Notes: generated from the sequence alone by a model not told the origin. A DNA stretch of 64,000 nucleotides from an uncultured Gemmatimonadales bacterium (GCA_963728915.1 CAVSLV010000001.1:1120001-1184000), one strand, 5' to 3'. Shown: positions 38,771 to 49,955, counted from the first letter of the stretch. Numbers and translations: made by a program.

Positions 38771-40993
38771 TTAGGGCCCCGCGTACTCGTCCAGCTGGGT
38801 GATCCCGATGAGGACATCGCGGGGGCGGCTCCCGTCGGGAGGCCCGAGGATTCCGGCCCCATGGAGCTGGTCGATGATCCGGGCCGCCCGACCGTAGCCG
38901 ATCCGGAGCTTGCGCTGGAGCAGTGAGGTCGAGCCGCCCTGGTGCTGGATGCACACTTCGGCGGCTTCCCGGAACAGATGGTCCCGCTCGCCCGCGTCGA
39001 GCGGGCCGCCCTCCTCCGCTTCCTCCTCCGTCTCCCGCAGCCGCATGAAGGCGAGGATGTCGGCTTCCGGCTGGGTCGCGGGCGCCGCGCCCCGACTCCG
39101 GTACCATTCCATCAGCCGTTCGGTTTCTTCGGTGGAGATGAACGCGCCCTGGAGCCGGAGCGGCTCGCTCTTGCCCGGCGGAAGAAACAGCATATCGCCG
39201 TTGCCGAGCAGGGCTTCGGCGCCATTCTGATCGAGAATGGTCCGGCTGTCGACCTTCGAGGCGACCCGAAAGGCAATCCGGCTCGGGAAGTTCGCCTTGA
39301 TGAGCCCGGTGATCACATTCACCGAGGGCCGCTGGGTGGCCAGGATCAGGTGAATGCCGATGGCGCGCGCCTTCTGGGCCAGCAGCGCCAGCGGCGTCTC
39401 GACTTCTCCCTGCACCGTCATCATGAGGTCCGCGAGCTCGTCCACCACGATCACCAGGTGGGGCAACCGGCCTTCCCGGTATTCCTCCGGCGCGGGCGGC
39501 TCCGGCGCAGTGGTGCCTTCTTCGGCGCTGATGGTGGCCAGGGTCGGTGTGGGGCGCTCCGGGTGACGGAGCGGCTTTCCCTCGTCCACTTTGCGGTTGA
39601 AGTCCCCGAGGTTTCTCGCCCCGTTCGCGTGGAGCAGCTCGTAGCGGCGGTTCATCTCCCACACCGCCCATTTGAGCACCCGGGCGGCATCGTGATTCCC
39701 GGTCACCACCCCGTGCCGCTGGTGGGGCAGCGCGTTGTACATCGAAAGCTCGACCATCTTGGGGTCGATCATGAGAAACCGGAGATCCGCGGGCGCGTAG
39801 CGATACACCAGTCCGCTGACGATGGTGTTGATGGCCACCGACTTGCCGGAGCCGGTGGCGCCCGCGATCAGCAGGTGGGGCATCTTGGCGAGGTCGGCGA
39901 CCACCGGTTTCCCTTCGAGGTCCCGCCCCAGCGCGATGGGCAGCACTGCGCGGCTCCGGGCCCGTTCCCATTCGGGCGATTCCAGCAGCTCGCGCAGAGT
40001 GACCATCCGTGCCACCGGGTTAGGCACCTCCACCCCCACCGCGCCCTTCCCCGGAATCGGCGCCACCCGGATGCTCATCGCCCGCATGGTGATGGCGAGG
40101 TCGTCGGCCAGGGCCATGATCCGGCCTGCCTTCACGCCGGGGGCCGGCACGATCTCGAACTGGGTCACCACCGGACCGCTGGTCCGCCCCGCGATCGACC
40201 CGTCCACCTTGAAGGTCTGGAGGGTCTCGAGCAGCCGTTGACCCAGACGGTCGAGCTGGGCGGTATCGGCCTCCACGTCCTGCCGCTCCGGCTCCTTGAG
40301 GAGATCGAGCGGAGGAATGAGATCCGCCTCGGGCGAGGCGGACCGGCGGACCGGCGGATGGGCGGTCGGGCGGACCGGCGGACGGGGACTCTTCTTCTGG
40401 CGCGAGAACACCGACCCTTCGTCTTCGAGGGACTCCTCGTCCACTGGTCCGCCGGTCCGCCGGTCCGCCTCCATTTCCGCCGGTCCGACGGTCCGCCCGT
40501 CCGCCTTCTTCTCCAGCCGCGCCAGGGGATGCCAGGCCACCGTGGCCAGGGTGAGCCCCGTGAGGGCGACGAACCCCAGAATCAGCCCGCCGGTCTGGCC
40601 GATGAGCTCCACCGCAGTGCGGGCCAGAAAACCGGCGGCGATTCCAGTGAGGCGGGCCGGAAGACTCCACTCCGGCATCGGAGGATCGAAGGCCGAGGCC
40701 CGGATGTCCACCAGGATCCCGATCGCGAAGGGGATGAGCAGGGCCAATCCGCCGATCAGGATGGCGGCGCGCTTCATGTCGAGGCGGGGCAGCCGGTCGA
40801 AGCCGGCCAATCCGAGGCCCAGGCCGAGCAGCGGAAGCCCACACGCGCCGGCCCCTAACCCGCGCCAGCAGAACGATCCCAGTCCCCTGCCCAGCGGACC
40901 GGTGGGGACCGCCGGGATCAGGGTCAGCCCGAGGAAGAGTCCGGCCGCCAGGGCCGCGACCGCGCCGAAGTGACGCCGATGCTCGGGCGTCAT
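38771..40993 (-). CDS. ftsK: DNA translocase FtsK/SpoIIIE
   Basis: N-terminal TM segments, PHLLIAGATGSGKS, IDPKMVEL, DELADL, ATQRPS, gamma domain; ATG at 40993. Confidence 0.96.
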   Translation of the reverse strand: MTPEHRRHFGAVAALAAGLFLGLTLIPAVPTGPLGRGLGSFCWRGLGAGACGLPLLGLGLGLAGFDRLPRLDMKRAAILIGGLALLIPFAIGILVDIRASAFDPPMPEWSLPARLTGIAAGFLARTAVELIGQTGGLILGFVALTGLTLATVAWHPLARLEKKADGRTVGPAEMEADRRTGGPVDEESLEDEGSVFSRQKKSPRPPVRPTAHPPVRRSASPEADLIPPLDLLKEPERQDVEADTAQLDRLGQRLLETLQTFKVDGSIAGRTSGPVVTQFEIVPAPGVKAGRIMALADDLAITMRAMSIRVAPIPGKGAVGVEVPNPVARMVTLRELLESPEWERARSRAVLPIALGRDLEGKPVVADLAKMPHLLIAGATGSGKSVAINTIVSGLVYRYAPADLRFLMIDPKMVELSMYNALPHQRHGVVTGNHDAARVLKWAVWEMNRRYELLHANGARNLGDFNRKVDEGKPLRHPERPTPTLATISAEEGTTAPEPPAPEEYREGRLPHLVIVVDELADLMMTVQGEVETPLALLAQKARAIGIHLILATQRPSVNVITGLIKANFPSRIAFRVASKVDSRTILDQNGAEALLGNGDMLFLPPGKSEPLRLQGAFISTEETERLMEWYRSRGAAPATQPEADILAFMRLRETEEEAEEGGPLDAGERDHLFREAAEVCIQHQGGSTSLLQRKLRIGYGRAARIIDQLHGAGILGPPDGSRPRDVLIGITQLDEYAGP
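40337..40505. repeat. Palindromic octamer array element inside the ftsK linker (GGCGGACC-type x6, then GGTCCGCC-type x7)
   Basis: Arrays at 40337-40384, 40446-40469 and 40474-40505. Confidence 0.9.
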
Positions 40994-41724
40994 ATCGCCT
41001 CGGCCTGGATCCGCCGGTCCTTGAGCACCGGCAGGACCGGAAAGGCGTCTTCCCGCAGGGCCATCTCGAAATCTCCCGGCCGGGACGACAGGAGATGCCG
41101 ACCCGCCACCGAGCGCCTGAGGGGTCGTTCCCAATCGGTCCCGTATCGCCGAGCCAGGTCGAGAGCCACCAGCGCCGCGTCATTCAGGCCCCGGCGCCGC
41201 CGGCTCCCCCCCATGGCGAACACCGCAAGCCGACCCGCCGTATATGCGTCGTCCAGCGCGAACTTCCCTTCCCGGCCGGCGCAGAGAATGACCAGGTCCC
41301 GACGTTCCACCAGGAGCGCCTGGGCCCGGGTCCCGGCCACGGTGAGGTTGCACGCCGCCGCTCCGTACACCACCGACGCCCCCTGGCTCGCCAGGAAGGC
41401 GGGAATGCCGTTCGTCGTAGTCATCACGATGGTTTTGTCCCGGACCCGCTCCTCGGTCACTTCCACCGGGCTGTTGTCGAGATCGAACCCCGCAATCGGC
41501 TCGCCGTGTCGCTCCCCGACCAGCACCGCGGAGCCGGCCCCCAGATTCTGGGCCAGCCGGCTCGCTTCTTCGGCGGTGGCCACCGGCACCACCGCCCGGG
41601 CGCCCCGGAAGAGCGCCGCCGCGATCACGGTGGTGGATCGGAGAATGTCGATGACGAAGACCGGACGCCCCGCCACCTCGTGGCTGGCGAGGCCGGCGGG
41701 CGAGAACAGCACATCGAGCTTCAT
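40990..41724 (-). CDS. comB: 2-phosphosulfolactate phosphatase family protein
   Basis: [30 protein letters not shown]. Confidence 0.85.
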   Translation of the reverse strand: MKLDVLFSPAGLASHEVAGRPVFVIDILRSTTVIAAALFRGARAVVPVATAEEASRLAQNLGAGSAVLVGERHGEPIAGFDLDNSPVEVTEERVRDKTIVMTTTNGIPAFLASQGASVVYGAAACNLTVAGTRAQALLVERRDLVILCAGREGKFALDDAYTAGRLAVFAMGGSRRRRGLNDAALVALDLARRYGTDWERPLRRSVAGRHLLSSRPGDFEMALREDAFPVLPVLKDRRIQAEAI

Positions 41725-43070
41725 TGGTCCGGGGTGAATTCCCGCTCGAGAAACCGGGTGTCGACTTTACCTGCGACGAAATCGGGATGGCGGATCAGGC
41801 GACTCAGGAAGGGAATCGTGGTGGTGACGCCTTCCAGAATGAAGCTGTCGAGCGCCTGGCCCATTCGCACCAGCGCTTCGGTCCGATCCCGGCCGTGCAC
41901 GATCACCTTGGCGAGGAGCGAGTCGTAGAAGGGCGGGACGGTATATCCGGCGTAGACGTGGGTATCCACCCGCACCCCCGGACCGCCCGGCGGGTGATAT
42001 GCGGTGATCTGTCCCGGGCTGGGTTGAAAGTTGCGGGCCGGATCTTCCGCATTCACTCGACATTCGATGGCATGCCCCCGGAGGCCGTTGATCTCCGGGG
42101 GAAGGCTGAGCGGCTCGCCCGCGGCGATCCGGATCTGCTCTTTCACCAGGTCGAATCCAGTCACCATCTCCGTCACCGGGTGCTCGACCTGAATCCTGGT
42201 GTTCATCTCCATGAAGAAGAAGCAGCCGGACGGATCGAGCAGGAACTCCAGCGTGCCGGCGCCCAGGTATCCGATGGCCGAGGCCAGGCGCACCGCGGCC
42301 TCGCCGAACCTGGCTCGAAGGCCGGCGTTCACCGCGGGGCTCGGGCTTTCCTCGACCAGTTTCTGATGCCGGCGCTGGACCGAGCAGTCCCGTTCGCCCA
42401 GCTGCACGATCCGGCCGTGGGTATCCCCCAGCACCTGGATCTCGATGTGGCGGGGCCGGTCCAGGAACTTCTCGACATAGACCGACCCATCGCCGAAGGC
42501 CGCGAGGGCCTCGTTCTGGGCGAGGGAAAACATCTGGGTGAACTGCTCGGGCTCCCGGGCGATCCGCATGCCCTTCCCGCCCCCGCCGGCCGACGCCTTG
42601 ATCAGTACCGGAAACCCGATCTGCTCGGCGACCTCGAGCGCCTCCTCAGGATTCTCGAGAATGCCCTCGGACCCGGGGACGGTGGGGACGCCGGCATCCG
42701 CGGCGAGCCGCCGGGCCGAGGCCTTGTCGCCCATCGCCTCGATCTGTTCGGGCAGCGGCCCGATGAAGGTGATATTGGACGCCCGGCAGATCCTGGCGAA
42801 TTCCGCGTTTTCGGCGAGGAAGCCGTAACCCGGGTGGATCGCATCAGCCCCGGTGATTTCGGCGGCGGCAATGATGCGGGCAATGTTGAGGTAGGATTGC
42901 CGGGCCTGGGGCGGGCCGATGCAGACGTCGTCGTCGGCAAAGCGGACGTGGAGCGATTCGCGGTCCGCCTCGCTGTACACCGCGACCGTCTGGATGCCGA
43001 GCTCGCGGCATGCCCGGATCACTCGCAGCGCGATTTCGCCGCGATTGGCCACCAGCACTTTCTGGAACAT
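41721..43070 (-). CDS. accC: Acetyl-CoA carboxylase biotin carboxylase
   Basis: [44 protein letters not shown]. Confidence 0.97.
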   Translation of the reverse strand: MFQKVLVANRGEIALRVIRACRELGIQTVAVYSEADRESLHVRFADDDVCIGPPQARQSYLNIARIIAAAEITGADAIHPGYGFLAENAEFARICRASNITFIGPLPEQIEAMGDKASARRLAADAGVPTVPGSEGILENPEEALEVAEQIGFPVLIKASAGGGGKGMRIAREPEQFTQMFSLAQNEALAAFGDGSVYVEKFLDRPRHIEIQVLGDTHGRIVQLGERDCSVQRRHQKLVEESPSPAVNAGLRARFGEAAVRLASAIGYLGAGTLEFLLDPSGCFFFMEMNTRIQVEHPVTEMVTGFDLVKEQIRIAAGEPLSLPPEINGLRGHAIECRVNAEDPARNFQPSPGQITAYHPPGGPGVRVDTHVYAGYTVPPFYDSLLAKVIVHGRDRTEALVRMGQALDSFILEGVTTTIPFLSRLIRHPDFVAGKVDTRFLEREFTPDQ

Positions 43071-43094
43071 GTCAGCAGCTCGTCGCGGGGACCA

Positions 43095-44276
43095 TCAGGG
43101 CGCAACGTTCCGGCTGAGCCCCTGCACTTCGGGACTGACCGATGTGGGGTCCGAGAAGGTCCGATCAGAGGCGGTGGTCACCCCGGCCGCGCGGAGGCTG
43201 AATTCGTTCGGGTTGGTGGCGTAGTGGAGCGCCGCTTCGTAGCTGATCACCCCCGCCTTGTACCATTGCATCAGGGATTGATCGAAGGATTGCATGCGAT
43301 AGGAGATGGAGCCTTCCGAGATCAGGTCGGGAATATTGAGGGACTTCTCGATACTCCGGATGTTGTCCGCGACCGCGGCGGTATTGATCAGGATCTCCGC
43401 CGCCGGCACCCGTCCCCGGCCATCGGCCCGGGGCACCAGGCGGAGCGAGATCACCGCGGCCAGCGCGGTGGAGAGCAGCGAGCGCACCTCGCCCTGCTGG
43501 TGCGGCGGATAGAAGGAGAGCACCCGGCTGATCGTCTGGGTGGTGTCGGTGGTGTGCAGGGTCGAGAACACCAGGTGACCGGTGTCCGCCGCCTTGAGCG
43601 CGGTATCCAGCGTCTCGATGTCCCGGATTTCGCCGAGCAGGAGCACGTCGGGATCCTGGCGCAGGACATGGCGGAGCGCATTGGTGAAGGAGAGCGTATC
43701 GCTCCCCACTTCCCGCTGCGCGATGTGCGCCATCGCGTCCCGGTGCAGGAACTCGATGGGATCCTCGATGGTGATGATGTTCACCCGGCAATGCTTGTTG
43801 ATGTGGTCGATCATCGCCGAGAGCGCGGTGGACTTTCCGGAGCCGGTGACCCCGGTCACCAGGACCAGCCCGCGCGGCTTCAGGGCGATGGTTTCCAGCA
43901 CATCGGGCAGGTTGAGCTCGCGGATCGACGCCACCTCGTAGGGAATGACCCGGAGCGCGAACGCCAGCGTCCCTCGCTGCTGATAGATGTTGGTCCGGAA
44001 TCGGCCGACCCCGGGGACGCCGATCGCGAAGTCGGCCTCCTTCCGCTCGGCGAACTCCTTGATCTGGCGCGGGGTCATGACCTGCTCGGCAAGCTGCTTG
44101 AGCTCTTCGGGCCGCACCGGAAGCATCGGGAGGGCGAACAGCTCGCCGTTGACCCGCACCGTGGGTGGACGCCCGACCTTGAGGTGCAGGTCGGAGGCGT
44201 TCCGCTGCACCATCTGAGAGATCGCCGCCTTGAAGTTGAACGGGGCGGCCGAGGATTCCGACGCGGCTTCAACCAT
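43095..44276 (-). CDS. Type IV pilus retraction ATPase (PilT/PilU family)
   Basis: [47 protein letters not shown] at 44276. Confidence 0.92.
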   Translation of the reverse strand: MVEAASESSAAPFNFKAAISQMVQRNASDLHLKVGRPPTVRVNGELFALPMLPVRPEELKQLAEQVMTPRQIKEFAERKEADFAIGVPGVGRFRTNIYQQRGTLAFALRVIPYEVASIRELNLPDVLETIALKPRGLVLVTGVTGSGKSTALSAMIDHINKHCRVNIITIEDPIEFLHRDAMAHIAQREVGSDTLSFTNALRHVLRQDPDVLLLGEIRDIETLDTALKAADTGHLVFSTLHTTDTTQTISRVLSFYPPHQQGEVRSLLSTALAAVISLRLVPRADGRGRVPAAEILINTAAVADNIRSIEKSLNIPDLISEGSISYRMQSFDQSLMQWYKAGVISYEAALHYATNPNEFSLRAAGVTTASDRTFSDPTSVSPEVQGLSRNVAP

Positions 44277-44748
44277 GCGGTTCCACCCGGAACAGGACCT
44301 GTCCGAACTCCACGGCCTGGGCGTTCTCGACCACGATTTCCCGCACCACCCCACCGAACTCGGCCTCGATCTCATTCATGATTTTCATCGCCTCGATGAT
44401 GCAGACCGTCTGTCCCGCCGAGACCCGGCTGCCCGCTTTCACGTAGGGATCAGCCCCCGGCTCCGGGGCGGAATAGAAGGTGCCGACCATCGGGGACTTG
44501 ATCTCCTTGAGGGTCGTGCTCGGGGGCGGAGAGACCCGGGGCGTTTCGGGCGCGGCCCGGCTGGGGGCCGAGGTCTCGATCGGGACCGGGACGGGAGCCG
44601 GATCCGCGGCTGTCGAGGAACGCGAGGCGTTCCGGGTAACCACCAGTCGCTTCCCGAACCGGCCGGAAATCTCGATGGATCCGATCTCGGGCGACTCGCG
44701 AAGCAGCTGAATCAGCTGCGCCAGCTCCTTCAGGTCGTCCGGATTCAT
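44269..44748 (-). CDS. accB: Biotin carboxyl carrier protein
   Basis: [17 protein letters not shown]. Confidence 0.96.
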   Translation of the reverse strand: MNPDDLKELAQLIQLLRESPEIGSIEISGRFGKRLVVTRNASRSSTAADPAPVPVPIETSAPSRAAPETPRVSPPPSTTLKEIKSPMVGTFYSAPEPGADPYVKAGSRVSAGQTVCIIEAMKIMNEIEAEFGGVVREIVVENAQAVEFGQVLFRVEPHG

Positions 44749-44793
44749 GGGTGCATAAGCTCCCGGCCGGGCCGGTCACGAGAAGGTGATGAC

Positions 44794-45879
44794 TCACAGG
44801 AGTTCCAGCAGCTCGGTCCGCCCGTCCGTGAGACACTGGGGACCCTGGGGCAGGAGGTGGATATCGTCCTCCAGGCGAACGCCCCCCCACCCCTCAAGAT
44901 AGATACCCGGCTCGACGGTGACCACGGCCCCCGGCGGGAGGAGCTCCTCGGCGGTGACGGCAAGCCGTGGCCCCTCATGGACTTCCAAACCCAACCCGTG
45001 CCCCAGGGAGTGCCCGAACGCCTCCCCGAATCCCCGTTCGGTGATCAGATCGCGGGCCAGCGCGTCGGCCTCCCGGCCCGACATCCCCGGCAGCATCTCG
45101 GTGCGGGCTCGGCGCTGGGCCGTTTCCACGGCGGCGTAGACCTCGCGCTGACGCCCATCGGCCCGGCCCAGCGCGACGGTGCGGGTTATGTCGGATGCAT
45201 AGCCGCCCAGCTGCGCGCCGAAGTCCATCAGCAGAAACTCCCCCCGGCTGAGGGGACGCTGGGCGGCGCGTGCATGGGGCAGGGCGCTCCGCGGACCCGA
45301 GGCAACAATGGTTTGAAAAGGATGCCATTCGCTGCCCCGCAGACGTAACGCCGACTCCAGCCGCGCGGCGATCTGGAGCTCGGTGTCTCCGGGGCGGATC
45401 GTCTCGATCACCTCGAAGAAGGCGGCGTGGGCAATCGCCGCGGCGTCGCGAATCAGGGCGACTTCGCAATCATCCTTGATCATTCGGAGCTCTTCCACCA
45501 GCCCCGAGGTCGGAACCGGATCGGCGTGCTCGATCCCGGTGAGCCGCTCCGCATCCCGGACCGTGATCCGCTCCCGCTCGAATCCGAATCGCACCGGCCC
45601 CGCCGAGCCGAGCATCTCGCGGACCCGGTTCCACAGATTGGTGTTCTCGATGATCGCCTCGCCCACTCCGCGGATCTCTTCCGGCGCCTGAAGCGCGTAC
45701 CGGGTATCGGTGACGAGCAGGGTGCGGTCGCGGTGGAGGACCAGCTGGCCGGCGGACCCGGTGAACCCGGTGAGATACCGGAGATTGGTCGGGTGACCAA
45801 TCAGCATGGCATCGAGGCCGAGTAGCTCAAGCCGCCGGCGCAAGGCGGCTTGCCGGGCCAGCCGGTGATCAGCGGCCAT
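44794..45879 (-). CDS. Xaa-Pro peptidase (M24 family)
   Basis: YLTGF, DFGA, SDITRT, HSLGHGLG, EPGIY, GVRLED. Confidence 0.92.
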   Translation of the reverse strand: MAADHRLARQAALRRRLELLGLDAMLIGHPTNLRYLTGFTGSAGQLVLHRDRTLLVTDTRYALQAPEEIRGVGEAIIENTNLWNRVREMLGSAGPVRFGFERERITVRDAERLTGIEHADPVPTSGLVEELRMIKDDCEVALIRDAAAIAHAAFFEVIETIRPGDTELQIAARLESALRLRGSEWHPFQTIVASGPRSALPHARAAQRPLSRGEFLLMDFGAQLGGYASDITRTVALGRADGRQREVYAAVETAQRRARTEMLPGMSGREADALARDLITERGFGEAFGHSLGHGLGLEVHEGPRLAVTAEELLPPGAVVTVEPGIYLEGWGGVRLEDDIHLLPQGPQCLTDGRTELLELL

Positions 45880-46306
45880 GAACGTGACGATGAAGACGCT
45901 GGAGGGCCAGCCGATAGCCTTCGGGGCCCTTGCCAGTGATCAGCTCGATCGCGAGATCGGCGAAAACGAGGCGCCGGCGGGCCTCTTCCCGCTTGGCAAC
46001 GTCGGTCAGGTGAACCTCGACGAAGGGAATCTTGACCGCCAGCAGAGCATCCCGGATGGCGAGACTCGAATGGGCATACGCCCCGGCATTGAGAATCAGC
46101 CCGTCCGCGGTATCGGGGAGCCGCTGAATCTCGTCGACCAGGGTCCCCTCATGGTTGGTCTGGAGCCATTGGATCGTCACCCCGATCCGGCCGGCTTCTT
46201 CCCGCACCAGGTTTTCGATCTCGGCGAGGGTGGTGCGACCGTAGATCTCCGGTTCCCGGATGCCTAGCAGATTCAGGTTCGGACCGTTGAGGACCGTAAC
46301 CCGCAT
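45869..46306 (-). CDS. aroQ: Type II 3-dehydroquinate dehydratase
   Basis: LNGPNLNLLGIREPEIYG, NHEG, VEVHL. Confidence 0.93.
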   Translation of the reverse strand: MRVTVLNGPNLNLLGIREPEIYGRTTLAEIENLVREEAGRIGVTIQWLQTNHEGTLVDEIQRLPDTADGLILNAGAYAHSSLAIRDALLAVKIPFVEVHLTDVAKREEARRRLVFADLAIELITGKGPEGYRLALQRLHRHVHGR

Positions 46307-47759
46307 TCAGGATTTCAGACCGCGCAACCAGGCGTGGAATTGCTCCAGCTCTTCCACCTCACCGGACCGGGGGGTCACCTCCGCGCGCTCCGACATGAGC
46401 TCGGAAGGGGGGGAGCCGCTGACCGGCGCCGGTGGATTCTCGGTGGCGAAGAACTCATCGAAGCTCGGCGCCTTGTCTTCCTCTTCGCGATCGAAGGCCG
46501 GGGGGTGGACCGTCGTCGCGGGACGAGGCCGACCCGCCGCGAAAAGCGTGGTCAGAAAATCCTTGACCGCAGTCCCACCGGTGTTCGCGGCATCATGGCG
46601 CCTGACCGGCTCCGGAGGGGGCTCGGGGGCTGGCGGCGGAGGCGGTGGGGCCAAACTCAGGGCAAGCTCGTCCGCCAAGGCGGCAATGCGTTCGTTGTCC
46701 GGCTCACGCTGGCGCAACTGGGCGTATACGGCGAGGGCAAGCTCGCGGTGACCCTGGCGAAGAAAGATCTCAGCCATCGTTTCGGTAACCAGAAGCTCGG
46801 GCTCAGGCTCGGGCTCGGACTCCGTGTCAGGCTCAGGTTCCGGTTCAGGCGCAGGCTCACTCTCCACAGCCGTCGTCTCTTCGGCTTCGGCAGCTTCCGG
46901 CTGAGCAGGAGCCTGGGTCTCTCAGTCGAAACGGGGCTTTGTTCTGTCTCGATCCGTGACGCGGTCTCGGCGACCGGCGTCGGCACAGGATCGGCTCGAG
47001 AATCGGGTCATCCAGCCAAGCGATGAGCTCTTCGGGGAGATCCGCGAGGGACTCCGTGCCCGATGGGGTCTTCAGGGGTTCCTCGAAAGCCGGCTCAGAA
47101 CCAAGCTCGGAAACGAGGGAAGATTCCGCCTCGATCGGGTCCGAATCGATGGGGGCAGGTTCCGGGGTGTAGGTCTCCTGCTCGGCCTGCGCCGCCTCGA
47201 GCACCAGCCCGGAAGCACCCACTGCCTCTTCGTCTGCTATGGTGGGCAGATGCTTTCCGATCTCGATGATCTCAATGCCTTCCAATCGAACCGAAGAAGG
47301 GGTCAAGGCTGCGGAATCGTTACGGGGCCGGAAATCACCGACCACCGCGGGCACCGCGGTGAGGTCGGCCCGCAGGCGATCGAGCTGTCCTTCGGCTTCT
47401 TCGTTATTGCGATCGATTTCGAGGAGCGACTCCAGGCGCCGGATCGCATCGGAGGTGCGTCCCTCCTCCTCGGCGAGGTCGGCGAGGGCCTTGAGCGCGA
47501 TCACATTCTCGGGATCGAGCTCGGCGACGCACAGGAAATCCAGCTCTGCGAGCGCGCGTTCGCCGGAATCCAGGTGGCAGCGACCCCGGACAATGTGCGC
47601 GGGGATGTACCCGGGGTGCTGAGCCAGCCCGGTATCGAGCAACTCAAGCGCCCGTGTCAGCGCACCGTTCTTCCGGTATGCTTCAGCCAGGGGTGCGAAG
47701 GTCAGCCCGCGCGGGTTGTCTTGCCACCGGCGCTCCAGCTTCTCGATCTCGGTCGACAC
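46307..47759 (-). CDS. TPR protein with acidic Pro/Glu linker, interrupted by two apparent frameshifts (~46992 and ~46920)
   Basis: N-terminal TPRs in ORF 46857-47759; C-terminal TETMAEIFLRQG...FHAWLRGLK in ORF 46307-46867; the linker between them reads naturally in a third frame. Confidence 0.7.
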
Positions 47760-47848
47760 GGGGCTAAAGATACTCTCCTTGAGGTGACCGCATGAGCCCG
47801 TTAAGCTTCATGGTTTCATACCCTTAGCTAATCGGAACCTTTCCTCGC

Positions 47849-49693
47849 ATGATGCAATTCTTTCGGAGCATCGCCAAACCCCTCATCCTGGTGACAGCGA
47901 TTGCATTCTTCGTCTGGCTCGTCGTCGACCTGAGCGGCCTCAGTGGCGGAGGTGGGCTCCTCACAAAGACTTCGGTCGGTAAGGTCAACGGTACCAGTGT
48001 CGACCTGAGAAGCTTCCAGGCCAACGTCCAACAGGCCACCCAGGAACGCCAGAGCCGTACCACGGGTTCCCTGGGACTCGAAGAGCAGGCCGAGGTGCGG
48101 GACCAGGTCTGGGAGCAGACGGTCCAGGAGATCATTTTCCGTGCCGAATACGACCGGTACGGGATCAGCGCCAGCGACCAGGAAGTCGCCGCGGCCATCC
48201 GAAGCTCGCCGCCCCAAGACCTGATCAACGAGCCCTTCTTCCAGACCGACGGCAAGTTCGATCCGGAGAAGTATCAGGCATGGCTGACCTCTTCCCAGGG
48301 TCAGGCGGTCATTCCGATCCTGGAGCAGCGGTACCGGGAGCAGATCCTTCGGGGAAAACTGTTCCAGCGGGTTGTCGCCGACGTGACCATCTCGGACGCC
48401 GCGTTATGGCAGCGGTATCGGGACGAGAAGGAGACGGTGCGAGTCGGGGTCCTGAGCATGGACCCGGCCGCCATGGTAGGGGACAGCAGCGTCACCGTCA
48501 CGTCGCAGGAGGCCGAGAAGTATTTCAACGACCACAAGGAGGAGTTTCGCCGGAAGCCGGCGGCCTTCGTGAGCTATATCGCAGTGCCCCGGTTGCCGAA
48601 CGGGGCCGATACCAGCGCGGCACACTCCCGGGCGGAACAGGTTCGGGCCGAGATCGTCGGGGGGACCCCTTTCGCGGAGGTAGCCCGGCGTGAGTCGGCA
48701 GACACCATCTCGGGCAAGGACGGCGGTGAGCTGGGCGAGCTGAAGCTGACGCAGGTGGACTCGGCGTTCGCCACCGCGGCGCGAACCCTTCCCCTCAATC
48801 AGCTTTCTCAGCCGGTGCTCAGCCAGTTCGGCTATCACCTGATCGAGGTGGAAAGCCGGAACGCGGACACGTTCAAGGCGCGCCATATCCTGATCCCGAT
48901 CGAGGTGACCGGAAGCCATCGGGATTTCCTGGATCGTCGAGCTGATTCGCTCGAGACCCTTGCGGCGGAGCGGCTGGAAGGATCATCGCTCGATACGGCG
49001 GCTTCGGCGCTCCATCTCACGATCGGGAAGGCGGGTCCGCTCAGTCAGGGCCTCATCGTGAGCGTGCCCGAGGCGGGGCAGGTCCCGGACGTGAGCGTGT
49101 GGGCATTCGAGGCGAAGGCGGGGGAACAGAGCCCGGTTATTGAGGCCGAGCGCGCGTACGTGGTCTTTCGGCTCGACAGCCTCCAGGAAGGCGGCATACC
49201 GACCTTCGCCGCGGCGCGGCCGGAGGCGGAGGGACGGGTGCGGTTGGAGAAGAAGATAGAGGTCGCCAAGCAGGAGGCGGATCGGATTGCGGCTCAGGCG
49301 AAGCAATCCGGCGGGCTCGCGTTCTTCACCACCAGGCCCGGCATGAGCTATCGCGCCGAGGGGCCGTTCTCTCGCCTGAGCGCACCCTTCCGTGATCCGG
49401 CGCTCGTGGGGGCAGCGTTCGGCGCTCCAGTCGGCGGCATTACCGGACCTGTCACGGGCAACGACATGCGGGTGTCTCTGCTCCAGATCCTGGAGCGGAC
49501 CCCTGCGGACTCAGCGGATTTTGCGAAGAATATTGGAACGATCCGGGCCCAGGCTCTCCAGGCAGCTCGTCAGAGCCGGGTTCAGGCCTATCTGGCCGAG
49601 CTCCGGTCTGAAGCGAAAATCGTCGATAACCGGGCGGACATTTTCCGGACCAACGCCCAGACGGCGGCGGCCCAGCCCGCCCCCAGCCGGTAG
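47849..49693 (+). CDS. ppiD: Membrane-anchored parvulin PPIase (PpiD-like)
   Basis: N-terminal TM, SurA_N-like region, FAEVARRES-D..GGELG, SQFGYHLI. Confidence 0.82.
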   Translation: MMQFFRSIAKPLILVTAIAFFVWLVVDLSGLSGGGGLLTKTSVGKVNGTSVDLRSFQANVQQATQERQSRTTGSLGLEEQAEVRDQVWEQTVQEIIFRAEYDRYGISASDQEVAAAIRSSPPQDLINEPFFQTDGKFDPEKYQAWLTSSQGQAVIPILEQRYREQILRGKLFQRVVADVTISDAALWQRYRDEKETVRVGVLSMDPAAMVGDSSVTVTSQEAEKYFNDHKEEFRRKPAAFVSYIAVPRLPNGADTSAAHSRAEQVRAEIVGGTPFAEVARRESADTISGKDGGELGELKLTQVDSAFATAARTLPLNQLSQPVLSQFGYHLIEVESRNADTFKARHILIPIEVTGSHRDFLDRRADSLETLAAERLEGSSLDTAASALHLTIGKAGPLSQGLIVSVPEAGQVPDVSVWAFEAKAGEQSPVIEAERAYVVFRLDSLQEGGIPTFAAARPEAEGRVRLEKKIEVAKQEADRIAAQAKQSGGLAFFTTRPGMSYRAEGPFSRLSAPFRDPALVGAAFGAPVGGITGPVTGNDMRVSLLQILERTPADSADFAKNIGTIRAQALQAARQSRVQAYLAELRSEAKIVDNRADIFRTNAQTAAAQPAPSR

Positions 49694-49694
49694 G

Positions 49695-49946
49695 TTACTG
49701 CGAGAGCCGCTTCGGCTCGCCGCTCGTCGTGGTGTTCTGGGGAGGGGCATCCAGCTGACGCGAGGGAGTCGCCGACCGGTCTTCGGCCGGCTCTTTCAGC
49801 GCGTCGGCGGTATCGGAGAGGCTCCGCTTGAACTCGCGGATTCCCTTCCCCATGGAAGATCCGATCTCCGGGAGGCGCTTCGCTCCGAAGACGAGCAGCA
49901 CCACCACCAGAATGATCATGATCTCGGTGAATCCCAGATTCCCCAT
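49695..49946 (-). CDS. tatA: Twin-arginine translocase TatA
   Basis: E..IILVVVLLVFGAKRLPEIGSSMGKGIREFK. Confidence 0.93.
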   Translation of the reverse strand: MGNLGFTEIMIILVVVLLVFGAKRLPEIGSSMGKGIREFKRSLSDTADALKEPAEDRSATPSRQLDAPPQNTTTSGEPKRLSQ

Positions 49947-49955
49947 AAAGCCTCG

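Noticed and set aside
38756..38773. Exact 18-mer CCGCGGGGCCGCGGGTTA also present inverted at 63578-63595
   Set aside because: Low-complexity GC-rich word with only two copies; a chance match is plausible at this GC content.
40337..40505. CRISPR array interpretation of the repeats
   Set aside because: Units are 8 nt, tandem and inverted, with no unique spacers and no cas genes.
44749..44793. Absence of efp between the Xaa-Pro peptidase and accB
   Set aside because: efp often lies here in other bacteria, but the 45-nt gap shows no remnant and the gene may simply be elsewhere.
46790..46860. PEPEPE-coding repeats
   Set aside because: Codon-phase low-complexity linker, ordinary for such proteins.
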